Source: Carcharhinus longimanus
Lineage: Eukaryota
Assembly (NCBI GenBank): GCA_030264375.1
Contig: JASCQW010000043.1
Coordinates: 93,527,924-93,591,923 of the forward strand
Direction of reading: 5' to 3'
Length of the DNA: 64,000 bases
The translations under genes and the position numbers were made by a program. The notes under the pieces were generated by a model. The model was not told where the DNA came from and did not search any database. It saw only the letters and a list, made by a program, of their open reading frames with translations. Below, one piece after another: positions 56,643-64,000 of this stretch (position 1 is its first letter; the number at the start of each line of letters is the position of its first letter).

Positions 56643-59584
56643 ACAGTGAGCAAAGAATCTCTGAATGGACTCAACTTTCTTGATTAGTATGTTTCCTGCC
56701 CAATGCAGAAGGAGGCATTGCTGGATCTGGGGACCAAAGTGCTTAAATACCAGTAGGGAATAGTGATCATCATTAAGATTTAAATTAAATTGTGAAAAAA
56801 GACAAGGAGCAACCTTGAGTAAAAATATTTAATTGGTAGGGAGCCTGTTCCAGTGGAGAAGAACAAACTGGATACAGGTAATTGAAATCAAAGATTGGCA
56901 CCCCAAACTATAAAGAAACAATACGGCTATTTTTAAAGAGATGGTTAGGGTGCAGTCTGAATATATTCAGAACAGTCACAGGTAGGATAAACAAAGCTAG
57001 AACCTTTGGACGATGAAGGTAATAGAGGGCAAGACGAAACATAAAAGTGTACCTACTTAATATAATAGGAGGTTGAAAACAATATGGTCAAAAGAAAAAT
57101 GAAATAGGAAATAAGAAAGGTAAACAAAGTACAAGAGATTGGCAGCTAAAAGTCTTCTATTGCAATATAAATAGTTTGGGGGAGGTGGGGCTGATTAAAT
57201 AGGCCGATGCAGAGACAGAGGACGTAACTGAGGTACAACTAAAGTTACCTTTACGCACATTTTGCACACCCTCAATGCCCTCCCTTTCCACTCACACCCT
57301 CCCCGCCCATTCATTCTGCATGCCTTCCCTCCCACACATGCCCTTCTTACTCATCTCCTTCCCCCCCACCCAATCCTTTCCACATCATTCAGGCACACAC
57401 ACTCATTCCCTCCTCGCCCTCTACCCTTCCCCCTTCCCCCATTAATTTCTTCATCTTTCCCAGATGTTGGAGAATTCAAATGCTGTCAGTGTCAGATTCT
57501 CAGCCTCCACCACCTCATCCCTTCACGTTCTCACCCTAGTCTGGCAGCATTGACTCCTGCAGCCAAGGCAGCACCAGACTGGCAAGCCAGTGCAAGATGA
57601 CACTCTGCAGACTGCAAGTGGGAGCAGTAGCTACTAAGGATATGGCCTCTGCATTGCCAAATCACAGAATTGGATCTAGACCAGTGGACATGGCAGCTCC
57701 ACACTGACAGCCAGAACACTGCCTTATTCTTCACAATGATCCAGTTAATTTTCTGTGAAAGTGGGGAACTGCACTTTAAAGCTGTGCATGGCTCACAGGC
57801 TGGCCACCCCTGACATGGATATACTGTAGAAGCTAGGAGCATTCACTTTAAGAGGAAGTCAACAGGCCATTTTATAGGTGTTCCAAACCATGAGGATTTC
57901 GTAGAGAAAGTGGATAGAAACTCTTCCCATTGGCAGATGGGTTGAGAACCAGAGGTCACATTTTTAAGGGGATTAGTATTGGGATTTGGAATATATAGAA
58001 TCTGCCCGTGCTTGCTCATCAGGCAATCAAGGTGTTCAAAAAGGAAACTGGAGAAGCAACAAAAAGGTAAAAAATAAATGTGGGGCTACAAGAGTAGGAT
58101 ATGAAAAAGGAGCTAGCTAAACTGCTTTTGAAGACGGCTGGCACAAGCTCGATGGACTGAAGCACAGGAGGACATTCTATGAATGTTATCCTAATAAAAG
58201 ATTGGCAATCATTTGTGCTGTAAATTATGAAGACAATTATAGTTTTAGTTCCCGGGTCAAGTTACACGTTAAACTAGCTGGGTAGTTTAGATCATTGGTG
58301 GGCAGATTTCACAACTCATAAACGTCATGTTCAAGGCAATTCCACAGAAGAGTTCAGGTTCAAGGGTGAAGGAAAGAAAAAGGCAGAGTCTTGTCCAGTT
58401 GGTGAACCGGAGCAAAAAGTCAACAATAGTCAGGATACGCTAAAGTTTCAAGAAGCTATTTTTAAAACATAAATCACTTTTGCATTACAAGAAACACAGC
58501 AACAAACTTGCAGTCAAGTAGCAGCATTGAGGTATCCACTTTTGTGATGTTAGTTGAGGGGCAGGGAGAACTCACACCCTTACAATTCCAAATAGTGCCA
58601 TGAGATTTTGGACATCTACCTGATGAGCCAAAAGATGGCACCTTTCAGGATAGCACTCCAGGATTATCCAATATGTTAGATTTCTAATTAAAATTGGATT
58701 TTATTAACAGAGAAACAATCACTATTATGATTGGTCAGGTACATTCCAGTTGTAAAGTTCAAAGCATATTGCTGAATCAGATCATTCAAAGGAATGTCAA
58801 AGTTATTGCCAATAGAGTACAAGCTCTGCTTGATAACGTGTTCCAAACTTGTTAAGGGAATGAAGAAAAGTCACAAAAGGTGACCCCCATGGTTAGAATT
58901 GAATATTTGCACCAAGAAAAAAGACAAAAAGATTACATTTCCTTTCTAATGAATCAGTGCTGCAGAGGAGTTATGTACTATAACAGAGAACTGTCATCAT
59001 ACAAACCAACAATCCAGTTAACAGAACAATAATCACTCCAGAATACAGTATGCTGTGGCACACTCACACAATACAAATTTATATGCAAAGCAAAATGGAC
59101 ACTTTCCTGTACATACTCCTGTATGGAGTCAAGAGGTCAAGTACCTTTTTTTTGTCAACATGTGGAACCGCTGGAATGCAAGAGCTAACATTCACGTCTG
59201 GACAAGTCTTGGGGAAAGTCATTAAGGTGCAAATGATCCTTTCTGTAAAAATGGCTGCATTTTTCTAAATAATTAAAAAGACTGGGTTCACAGTACTAAT
59301 GCAGCCTCTAACTCCAAACTTGAAATCCAAAAACTATGCGAAACAACAGCTCGTATTTTATCAAGACAGTTAGTAGATGAGTAACATCTATACTTCCATT
59401 GCCTAACAGCCCAACCATCAAAAACTATTTACGGGACAATGGTAAGAGATGCTCTAGTCACATGACAGACTAGGGTTTTAATAAGGCACATTCTGATCAG
59501 ACAGGCTGAAACATCTTTGCCAACAAAGTGGGAATACCCAGCCTAAGGACTTGTGCTCTTAAACAACATGTTGGCAAAGATTTG

Positions 59585-59830
59585 AACATAGAACATTTCA
59601 GCACAAACAGGCCCTTCAGCCCACAAGTTGCGCCAATCACATCTATACCTACCAAGCCANNNNNNNNNNNNNNNNNNNNNNNNNNNNNNNNNNNNNNNNN
59701 NNNNNNNNNNNNNNNNNNNNNNNNNNNNNNNNNNNNNNNNNNNNNNNNNNNNNNNNNNNCGCCCAATCCAGGCAACATCCTTGTAAATCTCCTCTGCACC
59801 CTCTCAATAGCTTCCACATCCTTCCTGTAT
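59585..59830 (-). mobile_element. CR1 LINE 3' end (gap inside); related tail at 228-350
   Basis: EAIERVQRRFTRMLPGLG plus the tail GAACATAGAACA...CAGCACAAACAGGCCCTTC.GCCCAC, which also occurs at 230-300. Confidence 0.8.
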
Positions 59831-62800
59831 TTGAGTTGGCCTTAAGCTCTCTAACTGAGAAACCTTACCAGATCTCCACTATAACACCTTGATTGGATTT
59901 GCTATTGAGAACACAAAACAAGAGTGAATCTGTCCTTCTAAACGACCAGAATTTTTTTTTGTTCAGTGGATATAAAGGATTACAGGAGTTTACAGGCCTA
60001 CACCATTTCAAATCTTCACCCGGGGAAAAATAGCTCTTGTCCAGTGTGTAGTTGCATATATGTGGCTATTGAACAATAAACATCTCTAAAACTTATAAAA
60101 CCCTGTTACTTGCCTGTACCTGACAGAGCGCACACACATGGAAACAGTTTGCCAGGAAACAACTAAACAGTGGAACAAAATAGAAAATGCTGAACAGCCG
60201 ACTTAAGATTTTATACCTTTCTCCTCTTCAGCACCACCATTCCCCAAAGGTAAACCGTGGCGATACAAACAGACTCATGTGAATCACCCATGCTCTACCC
60301 TAACTGGCCATCATACCAGGCATATGTTCATTAATATATGTCGGTTGACTGGACAAGCAAGTGTGGCGCTGGTATAGTGTCAAAGATAGAAAGCTGAAAC
60401 TAAAATATCTTCCTCAGTTTGACAGCTGCAGCCCACAAAGTGCTCTTGCGACAAATGAAGGCTTGGAAAAAAAGCTTTAAACCAGTCCAGGTCAATGCTG
60501 CAATACAGGAAACCTGAAAAAGAGTAGGTAATAGCACCATCCTGTGGTGGAGCACTGGCACTTCTGCAAATTCCCTCACCAAATCTTTAATTTCGACCAA
60601 ACAATAAACCACCTATCCTAAAGACCTTAGTTGCAGTCCATGTGTTGCAAGTACACCCACATGTTGTTAGAAAGGGAGTTCCACGGTTTTGACCCAGCGA
60701 CAGTGAAGGAAATGGCAATACATTTCCAAGTCAGGATGGTGTGCAGTTTGGAGGGGAACTTGCAACTAAGTGTTCTCATACATCCGCATCAAACCGATGC
60801 AACACAGGCATGGACGAGGGTTTCAATAACAGGTCAGAGGTAACAGCGGACTTGGTCAATGTTACTTGAAAATAAGTGGGCTTAGCAGTGGCACCAATTA
60901 TGCAGTTGGAAATTCATCTCAGGGTCACATCAACATTGTGATCCATCCAGATCCACCTCAGACAGTGAGAGGGGAATGGAGTTGATACCCATGGAGCAGA
61001 ATTTGTTGCAGGGATCAAAGATAAATCTTGAATCCTCTCATTATTTAATTAGAAGATATTTCTGTTCATCTGGTATTGGCTGTCAGATAAGCAGCAGTGG
61101 GGAGGCGGAGCTGGACATCATGGATACACACGTAAACTGTGAAAAGGGAGTAGGTAGCATATAGATGAGAAATAGGAAATGTAGATACACTATGCAAATA
61201 CAAACAGGTTGCTCAATAAATGACAATTTGAATCTACTCTAATTACACACAACAAAAAGCACCGTCTCTTACCTGGTTTATCAAGCCACTTAATTTGTAA
61301 ACTTCATTCAATTTTTACCCACTTTGAGGTAAATGGGGTATAAGTCTACCGTGGGTATTGGCTGCCAATATTAGTGCAACATAGCCCAAAGCTGGTATGT
61401 GGCTTTGCAAATTCAGTGCCAGAGGAACATTTTGTGCAGGGATTTACGTGCTCGAGTTTTCTGCTAGCTTAAAATCATTCAACTGAGTGTTAAAATAAGC
61501 AGTACCACAAGAAGTATACCAAAACATTTGGCAAGTACTGAATTTTAACACTGATCAAAGAAGATAAAGAATCAGCAAGCTTTAGGGAGAAAATTCCAAA
61601 GCTCAGGACTGAGATAGCTGAAGATGTAGCCATCAATGTGGAGCAAAGGAAATAGGGGATGTTAAAAAAGAGAGGTCAAAATTGGAAAGAATTCTTGGAG
61701 GGTTGTAGACCTGGAGGTTAGAGATAAACAAGGGCGGTGACAATGAAGGGATTGATTAGACCATAAAGATTTTAAAAAATTAAAATTAGGTACTTATGGA
61801 CCAATAGCCAATGTTGATCAGTGTGAAAAAGAGTGATGGGTCACAGAATTGGGATACTAGTAGAAGGATCTCAGACAGTTCAAATTCATATTGGGTAGAA
61901 GATGAGGGATGATGAAAGCCTGGCTAGGAAGGCAGTTCTGGAACACAATGGGGAAGGCATCAAAAGCAATGCAATGGTTCCAGCAGCAGAGGTGGTGAGG
62001 AAGGCTGGAACGAAGTTGATCGCACTGAGGTAGAAGTGGGATCTTTGTGGAAAATGCATGAAAATCAGAAATTGCTGGAAATATACAAGACAATAAGCAT
62101 CTGTACAGAAACAAGAGGTTAACAGCTAGAGTGTAAATCTATGTCAGGACACCCCTAATGAACAGTCATGATCCACAAATGTTCATATGCTGATGGATAA
62201 GTCATGTATTTACAATAAAGATGACATTTATTCACCTTGCCAATTAATAGAGATATCAAGTCAAAGACTATATAAAATCCAGAATGTGAATATGAACCAC
62301 CTGATAACTACAATCACCTAGCAAGCTGATCGATATGGTCACTTCAGATAGCAGGAACCATCTAGTTTCATCTCCACTAGGTTGAGAAAGCATTTCCTGA
62401 CCGGGGATTATTGGACTACTTCACTGTTCATATAAAGGCAATTTGGATAGTTTGGTAAACTTCAGAAGACAGCGACTCTTGCTGGCAATTGCAGTTCGCA
62501 TTACTCCCTCTTGAGGGAGTTTAATTTAGACAAGAAAATTCTGAACCCTCTGATTCCAACCATACAGCCAAAATGCATCTTCATCGTCAAGGCAGCAAGG
62601 TGCAATTTGACTTTAGCCCTCAAATTAAACAACTGTTCCATGCACCAGGTGATTTAATTTTTATAGAGTTGCCAGTTTCATTTTATAGTTTTTTTTAACT
62701 TCTCTCTTTTGGGAGGCACTGGCACGATATCCCTAATTTCCATCAAAGTGGCAATAAGCACCTTCTAGAGCTGCTACATTCCATGTGGTGGAGGTACACC

Positions 62801-64000
62801 CATAGTGTTGTTAGGGAGGGAGTTCCAGGAATGTAACCTGGTGATGGAAAAATATGTCTTTCCAAGAGAAACTTGCAAGGGAATGTTCGCTTGTGCTGAT
62901 ACTCTTTTAAACAGACTTTGCAAATTTGTAACGCGTTGTCAAAAGAAACCTTGGCACGTTACTCTAGTTGTGGTATATGTTGTAGATGATATACCACGCA
63001 GTTACATTGCACCAGTTGCAGAGGGAGTGGGGGATGCCTCATCTAAGCCTCACCCACTGGAGCCAAGGGTACCAGAAGGTCACGCATAGGCCATCATACG
63101 GATGGGTATTTATTCCCCATAATAATGGCCTGGAACAGTAGCCTTGGTTAACTGTAGTCTTCAGAGCACCTACAGTTTCAGGTACCCTCGCAATCTGTCA
63201 CCCACAATGGTAGCAACCTCCTGACCCAGAGAGGCTGTCAACCAACCAGAGACTCCTGACTCCCAATTCCACCTGCCAACCTTAATTGGATGATGAGCAG
63301 AGTTAATTGACTGCCTCCCAGATCTCCTCTGCTGACACAGCACTGAACCAAGCAGGGTCAAGATCCAGACATGGTCCCAAGCACGCAAAACATTTACAGA
63401 GCAGATTCTGCTGCAACATGTTCAAGTCAGAATTTACGTGCATAGCTGCTTACCTGTTGGTGCAGAAGTCTGGCCTGAAGGATTCATGCTACCTAACATT
63501 CCCTATCCTTAAAAAGGGAAGTGAAAACTGTGTTTTAGATATATCTAACTAACCATTAATGTACAAAAGGAGCCTCAGTCCAGGTCAGATATAGAACAAG
63601 GATACTTTTACTTAGTAAAGCCTTCCTGCACATTGACCTGCGGAATGAGAATAATCAGCCATTAGACCGTGGCAATGTAGTACTAAGCTGTCGAAAGTGC
63701 CAAGTAATAGACTTTTGGGGAATGGATGGGAGCAGAAGAAACAAACGCAAAGACCAAACAAACTTGGGTAACGTGGTGCTTCTTGCCTGGTGGGACTCAC
63801 TCAGAAGCAAATCTGGGTCCACCCTTTCCCATGTGAAACTAGAATCCACTCCTCATTTTTGCTTGGTAAAGCTCAAATCTAGATCACAATCCATTCAGGT
63901 AGTAACACCAAGTACTAACTCTATATGGTCAACTCCAACAACTGACATACACAAAACCTTGGTTAAATGGGAAAATGCTGCTCTTTGACACACATAACCT

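Noticed and set aside
61265-61340. Strong minus-strand donor CAG|GTAAGA as another 5' UTR exon
   Set aside because: An isolated motif with no convincing acceptor or promoter partner; such hits are expected by chance in 64 kb.

Overview
Vertebrate genomic DNA from a gapped assembly, almost certainly a cartilaginous fish (shark), judged from the dense HE1/V-SINE, Deu-domain SINE and CR1 repeats. The window holds the complete coding structure of SLC20A2 (PiT-2, type III Na+/phosphate cotransporter) on the minus strand. ATG is at 35954 and the stop ends at 3853; each transcript has 10 coding exons totalling 1980 nt (659 aa). All introns are GT-AG, and exon sizes and phases match the known vertebrate gene (human numbering and sizes are recalled, not looked up). 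The main finding is two intact 85-nt copies of exon 10 in tandem (8372-8456 and 6270-6354). They differ in the segment carrying a Na+-coupling glutamate and the phosphate-binding hairpin motif, and reading-frame logic allows only one per transcript, so they look like mutually exclusive exons. A candidate TATA promoter and non-coding first exon lie at about 42821-43160, and the 5' UTR has uORFs. The rest is intron or upstream DNA with many TE remnants: a Tx1-like LINE with a 16-bp TSD, GalEa-type Copia, Harbinger, Rex1, CR1 and a perfect 36-bp hairpin.
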